In this document: positions 14,930 through 26,759 of the stretch, one piece after another
Position numbering within the stretch: position 1 is the first letter of the stretch
Layout of the letters: each line of letters begins with the position of its first letter
From: Macrostomum lignano
Taxonomy: Eukaryota
Assembly: GCA_002269645.1 (NCBI GenBank)
Contig: NIVC01003006.1
Location: 1 to 64,000, forward strand
Length of the DNA: 64,000 nucleotides
Direction: 5' to 3'
Translations under genes and position numbers: made by a program
Notes under the pieces: generated by a model
What the model was told of the DNA's origin: nothing
Seen by the model: the letters and a program-made list of their open reading frames with translations, nothing else
Databases searched by the model: none

Positions 14930-15978
14930 CGATAGATCACCCTTCAGACCCGATAGATCACCCAGCAGACCCGATAGATCACCCCTCAGACCCGATAGAT
15001 CACCCCTCAGACCCGATAGATCACCCCTCAGACCCGATAGATCACCCCTCAGACCCGATAGATCACCCCTCAGACCCGATAGATCACCCAGCAGACCCAA
15101 TAGATCACCCAGCAGACCCAATAGATCACCCCTCAGACCCGATAGATCACCCAGCAGACCCGATAGATCACCCAGCAGACCCGATAGATCACCCCTCAGA
15201 CCCGATAGATCACCCCTCAGACCCGATAGATCACCCCTCAGACCCGATAGATCACCCCTCAGACCCGATAGATCACCCCTCAGACCCGATAGATCACCCC
15301 TCAGACCCGATAGATCACCCCTCAGACCCGATAGATCACCCCTCAGACCCGATAGATCACCCAGCAGACCCAATAGATCACCCAGCAGACCCAATAGATC
15401 ACCCCTCAGACCCGATAGATCACGCAGCAGACCCGATAGATCACCCAGCAGACCCGATAGATCACCCCTCAGACCCGATAGATCACCCCTCAGACCCGAT
15501 AGATCACCCCTCAGACCCGATAGATCCCCAAGCAGACCGGATAGATCACCCCATAGACCCGATAGATCACCCAGCAGACCGGATAGATCACCCCATAGGC
15601 CCGAAAGATCACCCAGCAGACCCGATAGATCACCCAGCAGACCGGATAGATCACCCCATAGACCCGATAGATCACCCAGCAGACCGGATAGATCACCCCA
15701 TAGGCCCGAAAGATCACCCAGCAGACCCGATAGATCACCCAGCAGACCGGATAGATAACCCCATAGGCCCGAAAGATCACCCAGCAGACCCGATAGATCA
15801 CCCAGCAGACCGGATATATCTCCCAGCAGACCCGATAGATCCCCAAGCAGACCGGATAGATCACCCCATAGACCCGATAGATCACCCAGCAGACCGGATA
15901 GATAACCCCATAGGCCCGATAGATCCCCCAGCAGACCCGATAGATCCCCCAGCAGACCCGAAAGATCACCCAGCAGAC
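14930..15978. repeat. 21-bp minisatellite (GACCCGATAGATCACCCCTCA) filling most of a KLHL8 intron
   Basis: About 50 tandem units; begins within a few nt of the splice donor. Confidence 0.92.
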
Positions 15979-15982
15979 GCAC

Positions 15983-16202
15983 CGGTCAGCAGCCGGGTCG
16001 TAGCGCTCCACAGTTTCAAAGCAGGCTGCATCGTCGAGACCTCCGACGGCAAACAGGCAGCCGCCGAGGGCCACCAGGGCGAGGCCTCGACGAGCTGTGG
16101 ACATCCGCGCCACCCGGCGCCAGCTGTTCTCCTCCGGCAGGTAGGCCTCCGCCGTGGCCAGGTGCGAATCGCCGTCGTGACCGCCCACTGCGTAGACAAG
16201 GC
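15983..16202 (-). CDS. KLHL8: KLHL8-like exon (Kelch repeats 2-3)
   Basis: GLVYAVGGHDGDSHLATAEAYLPEENSWRRVARMSTARRGLALVALGGCLFAVGGLDDAACFETVERYDPAADR. Acceptor CCCGCAG, donor GTGCGT; phases consistent with neighbours. Confidence 0.9.
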
Positions 16203-16264
16203 CTGCGGGCCGGCGGAGCGAGGCGGTGGGAAAACGCCATGCATTTCCAATATTGAATCTAAGT

Positions 16265-16500
16265 GCCTCCGCCCTCGGAATCCTCCGCCCTCGGAATCCT
16301 CCGCCCTCGGAATCCTCCGCCCTCGGAATCCTCCGCCCTCGGAATCCTCCGCCCTCGGAATCCTCCGCCCTCGGAATCCTCCGCCCTCGGAATCCTCCGC
16401 CCTCGGAATCCTCCGCCCTCGGAATCCTCCGCCCTCGGAATCCTCCGCCCTCGGAATCCTCCGCCCCCAAAATCCTCCGCCCCCAAAATCCTCCGCCCCT
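16265..16500. repeat. 16-bp minisatellite (CCTCGGAATCCTCCGC)
   Basis: Tandem units inside the intron. Confidence 0.9.
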
Positions 16501-16617
16501 AAATCCGCCATCCGCTTTTTATAGCTCGTATATCTCCCTCTCCTCCAACTCCATCCTCTTTTCATCTCCCTTCTCCGCCCCTTTTCCGCCCTCCTCTCCG
16601 CCCCTTCCGCAAATCAC

Positions 16618-16669
16618 CGTCAGTCACAGCCAGGCCGCAATGCCGTCGTCTCGTTCGCATTGGTTGAAC
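16618..16669 (-). CDS. KLHL8: KLHL8-like 52-nt micro-exon
   Basis: TTTTTAG|GTT CAA CCA ATG CGA ACG AGA CGA CGG CAT TGC GGC CTG GCT GTG ACT GAC G|GTGA = VQPMRTRRRHCGLAVTDG, which bridges the flanking exons in frame. Not in the ORF track. Confidence 0.85.
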
Positions 16670-16779
16670 CTAAAAACGAATTTAACGATGCTTTAATACC
16701 AGTAAATTACTGTTAGTAGTGCGCAGAGAACGCGTAGTGAATAAAATATCGCGCTCTCGAACCCCTCTCGCCTTCTCAC

Positions 16780-17122
16780 CGGAAACCAGGCGTCCTCTAG
16801 CAGGTCGAAAACCTCCGCGCTTCGGTGGGGCTCAGCCGCCAGTCCGCGGCCGCCGACGCAGAAGACGCTGCCGGCGTAAGACATCCGCGGCCTTTGCTGC
16901 TCTGCCGACAGGCTGCTCGACACTGGCGCGTGCTGCTGCTGCTGCTGCTGCTGCTGCTTTCGCTGAATAGGCGAGCCAATCCGAGCGCCATCGAGCTGGA
17001 AGGCGCAGGCCTGCAGCACCAGCTCAGTGCAGTTGCGCCGGCCCTGAATCAGCGGGTCCCGGCTGACTGTGTCGGTCAGGTACTCCGCCGGCAGCTGGGT
17101 CAGCCGGATGTGCGCCAGCAGC
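16780..17122 (-). CDS. KLHL8: KLHL8-like exon (end of BACK, polyQ linker, Kelch 1)
   Basis: LLAHIRLTQLPAEYLTDTVSRDPLIQ...GSVFCVGGRGLAAEPHRSAEVFDLLEDAWFP. Acceptor CCTGCAG, donor GTGAGA. Confidence 0.9.
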
Positions 17123-17164
17123 CTGCAGGGGTCGGGCACAGCTTCCTTCTAGCTGGATCCGCGG

Positions 17165-18340
17165 CTTCAATCCTCCGTTTTCTACTCTCCGCCCCTCCAA
17201 TCCTCCGTTTTCCAGTCTCTGCCCCTTCAATCCTCCGTTTTCCAGTCTCTGCCCCTTCAATCCTCCGTTTTCCAGTCTCTGCCCCTTCAATCCTCCGTTT
17301 TCCAGTCTCTGCCCCTCCAATCCTCCGTTTTCCAGTCTCTGCCCCTTCAATCCTCCGTTTTCCAGTCTCTGCCCCTTCAATCCTCCGTTTTCCAGTCTCT
17401 GCCCCTCCAATCCTCCGTTTTCCACTCTCCGCCCCTCCAATCCTCTGTTTTCTACTCTCCACCCCTCCAATCCTGTTTTCTACTCTCCGCCCTCCAATCC
17501 TCTGTTTTCTACTCTCCGCCCCTTCAATCTTCCGCCCTCTCGATCGTCCGCCCCCTTCCGCCCCTTTTAACCCTCTGCCCCTTCAACCCTCCGCCCCTTC
17601 CTCCCCTTCGATCCTCCGCCCCCTTCCAATCCCTCAATCATCCGCCCCTTCAACCCTCCGCCCCTGTCAATCCTCTGCCCCTTCCGCCCGTTCAATCCTC
17701 TGCCCCTTCCGCCCCTTCAATCCTCCGCCCCTTCCGCCCCTTCAATCCTCCGCCCCTTCAATCCTTCGCCCCTTCAATCCTCCCCCTCTTCAATCATCCG
17801 CCCCTTCAATCCTCCGCCCCTTCAATCATCCGCCCCTTCCGCCCCTTCAATCCTCCGCCCCTTCAATCCTTCGCCCCTTCAATCCTCCCCCTCTTCAATC
17901 CTCCGCCCCTTCAATCCTCCGCCCCTTCAATCCTGCGCCCCTTCAATCCTCCCCCTCTTCAATCCTCCGCCCCTTCAATCCTCCGCCCCTTCAATCCTCC
18001 GCCCCCTCAATCCTCCGCCCCTTCAATCCTCCGCCCCTTCAATCCTGCGACCCTTCAATCCTCCGCCCCTTCAATCCTGCGCCCCTTCAATCCTCCGCCC
18101 CTTCAATCCTGCGCCCCTTCAATCCTCCGCCCCTTCAATCCTGCGCCCCTTCAATCCTGCGCCCCTTCAATCCTCCGCCCCTTCAATCCTCCGCCCCTTC
18201 AATCCTCCGCCCCTTCAATCCTGCGCCCCTTCAATCCTCCGCCCCTTCAATCCTGCTCCCCTTCAATCCTCCGCCCCTTCAATCCTGCGCCCCTTCAATC
18301 CTCCGCCCCTTCAATCCTCCGCCCCTTCAATCCTCCGCCT
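17165..18340. repeat. C-rich minisatellites (27-bp unit, then about 16-bp CCCCTTCAATCCTCCG)
   Basis: Direct reading. Confidence 0.9.
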
Positions 18341-19255
18341 TTTACTTTTTCTGCCTCTTCTCCGCTCATTCCATTCTCCAACCCATCAAATCCCTTCCGC
18401 CCCCAGAACACCTTCACCCCTGAGGCTCAAGCCCGCCATCGGCACCCCAGCGCTAACCAGTTTATCGCCGCCTTCCGCTCCGATGCGCTCGCCATCATCC
18501 GGCAGCTTCCGGCGCAAAGCCAGTCGACCCGACCTGATCCCCTTTTACCAATCAGGTTGGCTCGGCCCCTGACCCAGGCCTCAGCTGCTGGGATGCGGAT
18601 GGCAAAGCTGAAGGCAGGACGGATTTTCCAGACAGACAGCCAGCAGCTCCCAGGAGTTGAGGGGAAGGGAAGGGCTGGCAAAGTCTGCCAACGGTAGGGA
18701 GAGGGGATCACCGCCCTAATTGCTCCCGGATTAGAGCCTAGGATGCTTGGAAGAGCAAAACCTAGCTAGGGCTTGAAGGGATACAGCCTCAGCCTTCAGT
18801 CCCAAAAAGGGGATATCGGAGAACCGAAAGATCCCCACCCAGTGAGATTGCAGCTCTCATTTCTCTCCCGAAGCCCCCTGGCTCAGCCGGGCTTCAGTTC
18901 CCCCCACCTCAGAGTGTCCCCCATCTGTCGATCTGGCGGGCGGGCAGGGGAAGCCGATGGCGACCCCGCACCTTTGCACCCGAGGGCATCGATTAAGGGC
19001 GCTAGTGACGGCGGGCCGGCAAGGCGAGGCGCAAAAAAATAAGCAAAAAATCAAAGATCAGGCCGGCTTAAAGTTCACTGCCCTAGGCACCTGGGATTCT
19101 AATGAGCCAGAGTTTACTTTGTTGGAGAAAACTATCGATTTCAAAGTTGCTTTTGATGCATTCGGCGTTCTTTAAAGTTGCATATGCTTCCTCCAAACCA
19201 ATCTATAAATTTTTGTAATTTTGCGAGACTTTTCTAACGCCGAGTCATACTTTTC

Positions 19256-19500
19256 CTATGCTGCAGAATGAGAAGAAGTAGAGTAAGAGAGGCTGCTTTT
19301 AAACGCTTCATCCTCCCTTCCCCATGTCAGGGGGGTTTCTGCTCGACTGAGTATTGACTCAACGAGTGCCGGCTTAAAAGCAAGCGAGAGATTCTTACGC
19401 TGGGCGAGGCTTTGTAGAAAACAGCTCTTCGGATTGATTGCCCGAGGAGAACCCCCGGATCGTGAAGCGGCGAGGCCCGCTACCGTGATTTCCGCGTTTG
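19256..19500 (-). mobile_element. Possible heavily decayed non-LTR retrotransposon (post-RT region) fragment
   Basis: Translation FLQSLAQRKNLSLAFKPALVESILSRAETPLTW resembles the LINE post-RT motif (F/Y)xAxVESxLLYxAETWTLT. Weak, by eye only. Confidence 0.3.
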
Positions 19501-19559
19501 ATGATTGAGGACTGGTGAAAGAACATCTTCTGCTTTGACACAGATATAGGTCTGTCAAT

Positions 19560-20256
<697 letters not shown>

Positions 20257-20719
20257 CGAGTTAATCAGAAACCTGCAGTTCCCATACATCTTACTGGCTT
20301 AGAACTAGGATTCTCTGCCCTGTCTGTGCTCAAGAGCTTCGGGCAAATCCGGCATCTAAAGCAGCAATTCTCTCCAGTTTTATGGGCTCATCTTTCTCTT
20401 TTGAATTCGCCCCCGAGGGGAAATCAGTGAAGCCAAGAGACACGCTCAGGGAAGGAGCGAGGAAATTGCAAAATTGGTTTGCCAGCCAGCAACTTCCCAG
20501 CCATTTCTCTTCCGTTCCGCAATTCTCCCCATCTCGCATTTATCTTCTTAAGTCCGCGCCTGCTCTTTCTTGTTTTAATCTTCCGCCCTCAAGATTGAGC
20601 TACTGCTCGGGCGAATTGCCCCTGCTTGATAAGTAAGGAAAGCCAGTTGGCAGTTTACTTCACTCTTCGTTTGCCTCGATTTTTTTCACGCACTGGATAA
20701 TCCATGTAGCAGTGAATGG

Positions 20720-21385
20720 AGAGCTGTGAAGGGAGAGCAGGAAATGGTGAGCAGAGAAGGGAGAGCAGAGAAGGGAGAGCAGAGAATGGTGAGCAGAGAA
20801 TGGTGAGCAGAGAAGGGAGAGCAGACAATGGAGAGCAGAGAATGGAGAGCAGAGAAGGGAGAGCAGAGAAGGGAGAGCAGAGAATGGTGAGCAGAGAATG
20901 GTGAACAGAGAAGGGAGAGCAGAGAAGGGAGAGCAGAGAATGGTGAGCAGAGAATGGAGAGCAGAGAAGGGAGAGCAGTGAAAGGAGAGCAGAGAATGGA
21001 GAGCAGAGAATGGAGAGCAGAGAATGGAGAGCAGAGAAGGGAGAGCAGAGAAGGGAGAGCAGAGAATGGAGAGCAGAGAATGGAGAGAAGAGAAGGGAGA
21101 GCAGTGAAGGGAGAGCAGAGAAAGGTGAGCAGAGAATGGAGAGCAGAGAATGGAGAGCAGAGAAGGGAGAGCAGAGAATGGAGAGCAGAGAATGGTGAGC
21201 AGAGAAGGGAGAGCAGAGAATGGAGAGCGGAGAGATAGGAGAGCAGAGAAGGGAGAGCAGAGAATGGAGAGCAGAGAATGGTGAGCAGAGAATGGTGAGC
21301 AGAGAATGGTGAGCAGAGAATGGTGAGCAGAGAATGGTGAGCAGAGAATGGTGAGCAGAGAGATAGGAGAGCAGGCAAGGGAGAG
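20720..21385. repeat. GA-rich 14-bp minisatellite (GAGAGCAGAGAAT(G/A)G-type)
   Basis: Direct reading. Confidence 0.85.
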
Positions 21386-22329
21386 TAAAGGAAGGGGGCA
21401 GATAGGAGACACTGGAGGAGAGAGTTATATGAGTAATTGAGAAGTTAGTTAGAGCAGGAGAGTCAAGAGGCGAGTATCAGCTGCCAATCCTGCTGGACAA
21501 TGGTTACCTGTAATGCTGTGAATTTCAGCATCCATTCCCTCGAGTGGCCATCATCCATGGCTCAGCTAAATGAAGGCTTTTGTTCTCATGGTCAGGTAAA
21601 AAACTGACTCTCTCCTGCGGGAAGGCTGCAGCCGCCCGCACACATCCTACGCGGCCATCTAATTAGCTGAGCCAGGCAATTTTCCTCAGGCCTAATTTCA
21701 GCTATAGCGGGAAATTGCCCGCCCTCACCCGGCTGTGTTTTTCCTCCGTTTTGCTCACGCCAAATTCCTTGCTCTGGTTGCCCGCCGAGAGGATGGAGGA
21801 GACGAGAGGCTGAGGCGGACCAGGCGGTGACTTAGGGATTTGGGAGGCTTCGGCATATAGCTTAATGCATTTCATTTCATACCGGAATACCGGCTGCCGG
21901 ATTTCTCCGCCTGGCAGTCGGTTCACTGCATGAATATTTCACAATACCTCCTCCAAGGCCCGCCTTCTTTCTGCTTTTGCCCCCCACCCACCCCCTGTGC
22001 CTCTTCTATCACGGTAGTTCTAGTTAGTTATTTTCCTAATAGCAAAGGCAGGGCCTGACCAGCGCAAGGCATTGTGTGTGTGGGGCTTCAATGACAGTCG
22101 GTCAGGCAGATCTTGTTACTAATCAATGCCAGCTCTCTTTGAAGGATGCAATTTCATTAACCAAGCAGCCATTCTATACAATTTTACCGATTCCCCATTC
22201 GTTGCATCCTGCATCCGTTTCGGTTAAATTGAAGTGCTTCTGCTTTTAGTTCAGTCAGAGTTGCGTTTGCTTCTGCCTACCTTCTCCGTTATTCCTGTTC
22301 GATTTCCCCTTCAACAGCTCTCTCCACTC

Positions 22330-22850
22330 ACCTAATACCCCACTTCCCTCTCTCCACTGTCTCTTCTCCCCCCCTCTCTCTCTACTGTCTCTTCTTCCCC
22401 TCTCTCTCTACTGTCTCTTCTTCCCCTCTCTCTCTACTGTCTCTTCTCCCCCTCTCTCTCTACTGTCTCTTCTCCCCCCTCTCTCTACTGTCTCTTCTCC
22501 CCTTCTCTCTCTACTGTCTCTTCTTCCCCTCTCTCTCTACTGTCTCTTCTCCCCCCCTCTCTCTACTGTCTATTCTCCCCCTCTCTCTCTACTGTCTCTT
22601 CTCCCCCCTCTCTCTACTGTCTATTCTCCCCCCTCTCTCTACTGTCTCTCCTCCCAGTCTCCCTCTCTCTCTACTGTCTCCCTTCCCAGTCTCCCTCTCT
22701 CTCTACTGTCTCTCCTCCCAGTCTCCCTCTCTCTCTACTGTCTCCCTTCCCAGTCTCCCTCTCTCTCTACTGTCTCCCTTCCCAGTCTCCCTCTCTCTCT
22801 ACTGTCTCTCCTCCGCCTCCCCCTCTCTCTACCGTCTCACCTCTCTCTCC
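22330..22850. repeat. CT-rich minisatellite of about 24-28 bp (TCTCTCTCTACTGTCTC...)
   Basis: Direct reading. Confidence 0.85.
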
Positions 22851-23339
22851 CCCATTCTAATTTCGGGAAGAGCGCCATACACCAAAACGGTATCTCTTCA
22901 CGTTCCTTTAAATTCTCTTCTCAACCATTTTAACAGGCCTTCTCCCTCGTAATGGGCTCTCCCTCACTTATGAAAGCCTCTCAATGCAAGCAAGCCAGCC
23001 CATAATAGTGCAGGAGTCAATTTCACCTGCCTAATGTAGCAGGCTAGCAAAAATGGAACTCTGCGAAGACAGCGTGGCATTGCGCTGGCTGTCCGGGATT
23101 ACCTGGGATCAGGGGAGAGAGCCTCAGTGCAACCAGAGCACACAAATTGCTGCTAGGAGCAATACAGCTCATAAAAATATTGCACTATAATTCAAGGGAA
23201 ATATTGCGGGTGAGACCTGCATAGAGAGACATAATGTGACTTACAACAGCTGAATTTGTCTGGCAATTAGGGAGCTGTAGTATCCCAGAAATTAGCAGTG
23301 CAGCTAATTTATATCTACTCCACTCTACTCCATAGCATA

Positions 23340-23735
23340 TTGGCTAGATTAGCAATCCAGCGAGTTGGCTAGATTAGCAATCCAGCGAGTTGGCTAGATT
23401 AGCAAATCCAGAAAGTTGGCTAGATTAGCAATCCAGCAAGTTGGCTAGATTAGCAATCCAGCAAGTTGGCTAGATTAGCAATCCAGCAAGTTGGCTAGAC
23501 TAGCAATCCAGCCAGTTGGCTAGACTAGCAATCCAGCAAGTTGGCTAGACTAGCAATCCAGCCAGTTGGCTAGACTAGCAATCCAGCAAGTTGGCTAGAC
23601 TAGCAATCCAGCTTGTTGGCTAGATTAGCAATCCAGAAAGTTTGCTAGACTAGCAATCCAGCAAGTTGGCTAGATTAGCAATCCAGAGTTTGCTAGACTA
23701 GCAATCCAGCAAGTTGGCTAGACTAGCAATCCAGC
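23340..23735. repeat. About 24-bp minisatellite (GGCTAGA(C/T)TAGCAATCCAGCAAGTT)
   Basis: Tandem units ending about 20 nt from the BTB exon donor. Confidence 0.9.
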
Positions 23736-23754
23736 ACCCTCCGATCGCACCCAC

Positions 23755-24588
23755 CTGCCAGCCAGCTCATCCCTCTCGCCCGGCCGCGCCCGCAGCCACC
23801 GCATGAGGCCGGAAAACGCCTGCACCTCGTCGGCGACGTCCAGCCGCTCGGATCGCAGCGCTGCCTCCATCGCCTCGGCCGACAGTTCGGCGAACTCCGG
23901 CGCCGCTGACAGCTCGTTGAAGCCGCCGATCAACCGGGCATCGGCGCTGGCCAGCAGGTCGCGCCGGCCCCACCGCTCGGCGGCTGCCCGCGCGGCGACA
24001 ATATCTGCCGGCCTCGCCAGCAGGTGGTTGGCGATGAAGAGGTCGCAGCAGCGGGCCGCCGGCTCGAGCTGCAGAGCGCAGGCGGCGGCGAGCAGCGGCA
24101 GGGCGGTGTCGCCCGTCACCCGCAGGCAGCCGGTGTAGCAGAAGTCAACCAAGCTGGTCAGGACAGCCACGGAGGCTTCAGCTTCCGGCGGAAGCGTCAT
24201 CACATTGGATGCCGGCGCAGCTGCCGAAGCTGTCGAGCGGAATAGCGGGCTCCAGCAGGCCAGCACGAGGCGATGGCACGGCACGTCGCCGGCATCCGCC
24301 GCTGCTCCCGCCTCCGATTCGTCCGCTGGCTGCCGCATTGAAGACGACCGCAGCGTCAGGTCGCAGAGGCGGCCGGCCCGTCGCATCGCCCGGAGACTGC
24401 GGAAGCCGAGGTCACTGTGGCCGGCCAGGCTGCACACTGCGGAGCCGAGCTTCGGGTCGAAGCGGACCAGCAGGCCGGCTGCGGCGGCGGCTGTGGAGGC
24501 GCCAGCCGAAGGGGAAGGTGGCGAGCAGCTGCAGTGCCGGCGCTTGTCCTGCTGCTGCTGGCACTGGGCCTTCCAGGTGGACGGACAC
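23755..24588 (-). CDS. KLHL8: KLHL8-like exon encoding BTB and BACK domains (upstream exon/start not located)
   Basis: FRSLRAMRRAGRLCDLTL...VPCHRLVLACWSPLFRS...LTSLVDFCYTGCL...LLAAACALQL...CCDLF...EFAELSAEAMEAALRSERLDVADEVQAFSGLMRWL. Acceptor GTCGCAG, donor AG|GTGGGT, phase 2 matching the next exon. Confidence 0.88.
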
Positions 24589-25699
24589 CTGCGACGCACC
24601 GATCGAAGGAGTGAAGAGCTGCCTGTTTATTTGAGAACCTACTCGTGATTTGTGATGAATTCATTTTTTATCTCATTTTATATTTTTTCCCACATGCGGT
24701 TGAGTAGCGATACCTGCATGCAGACACTCACACGGGGTGTACAGCGGGCAACCTTGTTGGTTCGATGCTCGATTCTGCACGTCGTCTAATCCAATAACCA
24801 CACAATAAGCAAAACTATCATAATTAAGCAGATTTACCTGTCAGGGAGATGCTGCTGATGCTGACTGATGCTCTGATGTTGGCATGGATGAGCCGCCTCC
24901 GACATGGCTCTCTTGATTTATTTCCTTTGTCTCTCAACTCTGTCTCCCTCCCTGTAAAATAGTTCTGTTTTAATCACCGCAGCAGCTGAGGCGGACTGGG
25001 ATTGGATAGGACAATTTTTTGCCGGTTTTAAGGGGACGGCAGTGAGGGAGAGAGGGGTGGGGGGCACAGGGAGCAGCAGTACGCGGACGGCTGCAGGCAA
25101 TGGCTGGAGCGCTGATGAGGCCAATTACACTAGGGGGAAGAGTGCAGGGGCTGGGATCGGACAGCTCAGCAGAGGTGCGCTGTTGGGGACTGTGGGGATT
25201 TTTACAACTTACCGTGATGGGGAACCGGCCGAGCCTGGGGTGCCTCTCGGCTGAGGATTCCGCAAGATGGGGAGGGGATGAGGGAAAAAGGGGGACTTAG
25301 AGGGGATTAGCGTGCGAGAGATTCTGCCACTAGAGCAGAGGGGATTAGCCCCGCAAGCCGCGGCAGATGGCAGAAATCATGCCGCAAAACATTATTTGCT
25401 TTTCTAATCCCTTCTCTCTTCCCTTGAGTTTTTCCCTGAATTCGAAATCTCTCTTAGTCTTCTCTATTTACTGAAAACTGCTGGGTATTAACGACTGGAA
25501 AAAGTCCCAACTAATACTGCAAATCCTGGAATTAGACTGGGAGTCCTGTCACAAATCTCCAGGGATCGCTTGCTGTCGCTATGAGAAGAGATTCCTCATG
25601 AGCAAAAAGGCGAAGGTCTTGAGTTAGTCGGTTGAAACTACAAAATCTAGCTATGGTGATAACAAAGAGAATGATAAGAGATTTGGGAAGAACAGGACA

Positions 25700-26240
25700 G
25701 ATAGGGGAAGAATAGGAGAGGGAGATTGGGGAAGAATAGGAGGGAAAATAGGAGAGGGGGAAGAATAGGAGAGGGAAAATAGGAGAGGGGGAAGAATAGG
25801 AGGGAGATTGGGGAAGAATAGGAGAGGGAGATTCGGGAAAGAATAGGAGAGGGAGATTAGGGGAAGAATAGGAGAGGGAGATTAGGGGAAGAATAGGAGA
25901 GGGAGATTAGGGGAAGAATAGGAGAGGGAGATTAGGGGAAGAATAGGAGAGGGAGATTGGGGAAGAATAGGAGAGGGAGATTGGGGAAGAATAGGAGAGG
26001 GAGATTCGGGAAAGAATATGAGAGGGAGATTAGGGGAAGAATAGGAGAGGTAGATTGGGGAAGAATAGGAGAGGGAGATTGGGAAAGAATAGGAGAGGGA
26101 GATTGGGGAAGAATAGGAGAGGGAGATTGGGAAAGAATAGGAGAGGGAGATTAGGGGAAGGATAGGAGAGGGAGATTGGGGAAGAATAGGAGAGGGAGAT
26201 TAGGGAAGAATAGGAGAGGGAGATTAGGGAAGAATAGGAG
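25700..26240. repeat. GA-rich about 24-bp minisatellite (GGGAAGAATAGGAGAGGGAGATT)
   Basis: Direct reading. Confidence 0.85.
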
Positions 26241-26759
26241 AGTTTAGGAAGAATGGAACAGTTAAAAGAGTGAGAGTGACGTACAGCTGCATGCCGGAAG
26301 CAATATCAAGTTCAATTTTCGGCTGAGGACGAGCAAGAAAGGGCATCCAGTGGGAGCGAACAGAGAAAAGTATCCATTAAAAGTGCAAAGTAAAGTGCAC
26401 AAGCTTATGCTAGGAAATTGAAGAAGAGGCAAAGCGCCAACGAGAAGAATTTTGAAGCAACAATTTGCAACACTTTAGCCTCGCTGAGGGCTCCTGGCTG
26501 CTGTTGGAGAATTTTCCGTGAGTGACACCCGAGCTGTAGAAGAGAAATCGAGAATATTGAGGAATCCACACCCGACTAAGCAGAGCTTTGTTCAGCCCTT
26601 ACTGCAAGTCCTATGCATAGAGGCACAAGGTAGACAAGAAGGGCAAAACTGAGAGCAAACATTGCAGTTCATTTTAACTGCGATTTTGTTAACTCAACAA
26701 TTTTGTTCAGTCAAGTACGGGAAGTCACGTACAATATACGAGTATTCAGACATTTAGAG

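Noticed and set aside
14831-18423. Long repeat ORFs (LLGDLSG, RPFNPPPLQSSAPSI, AEDSEGGGFRG)
   Set aside because: Intronic minisatellites of the KLHL8-like gene; the true exons splice in phase around them.
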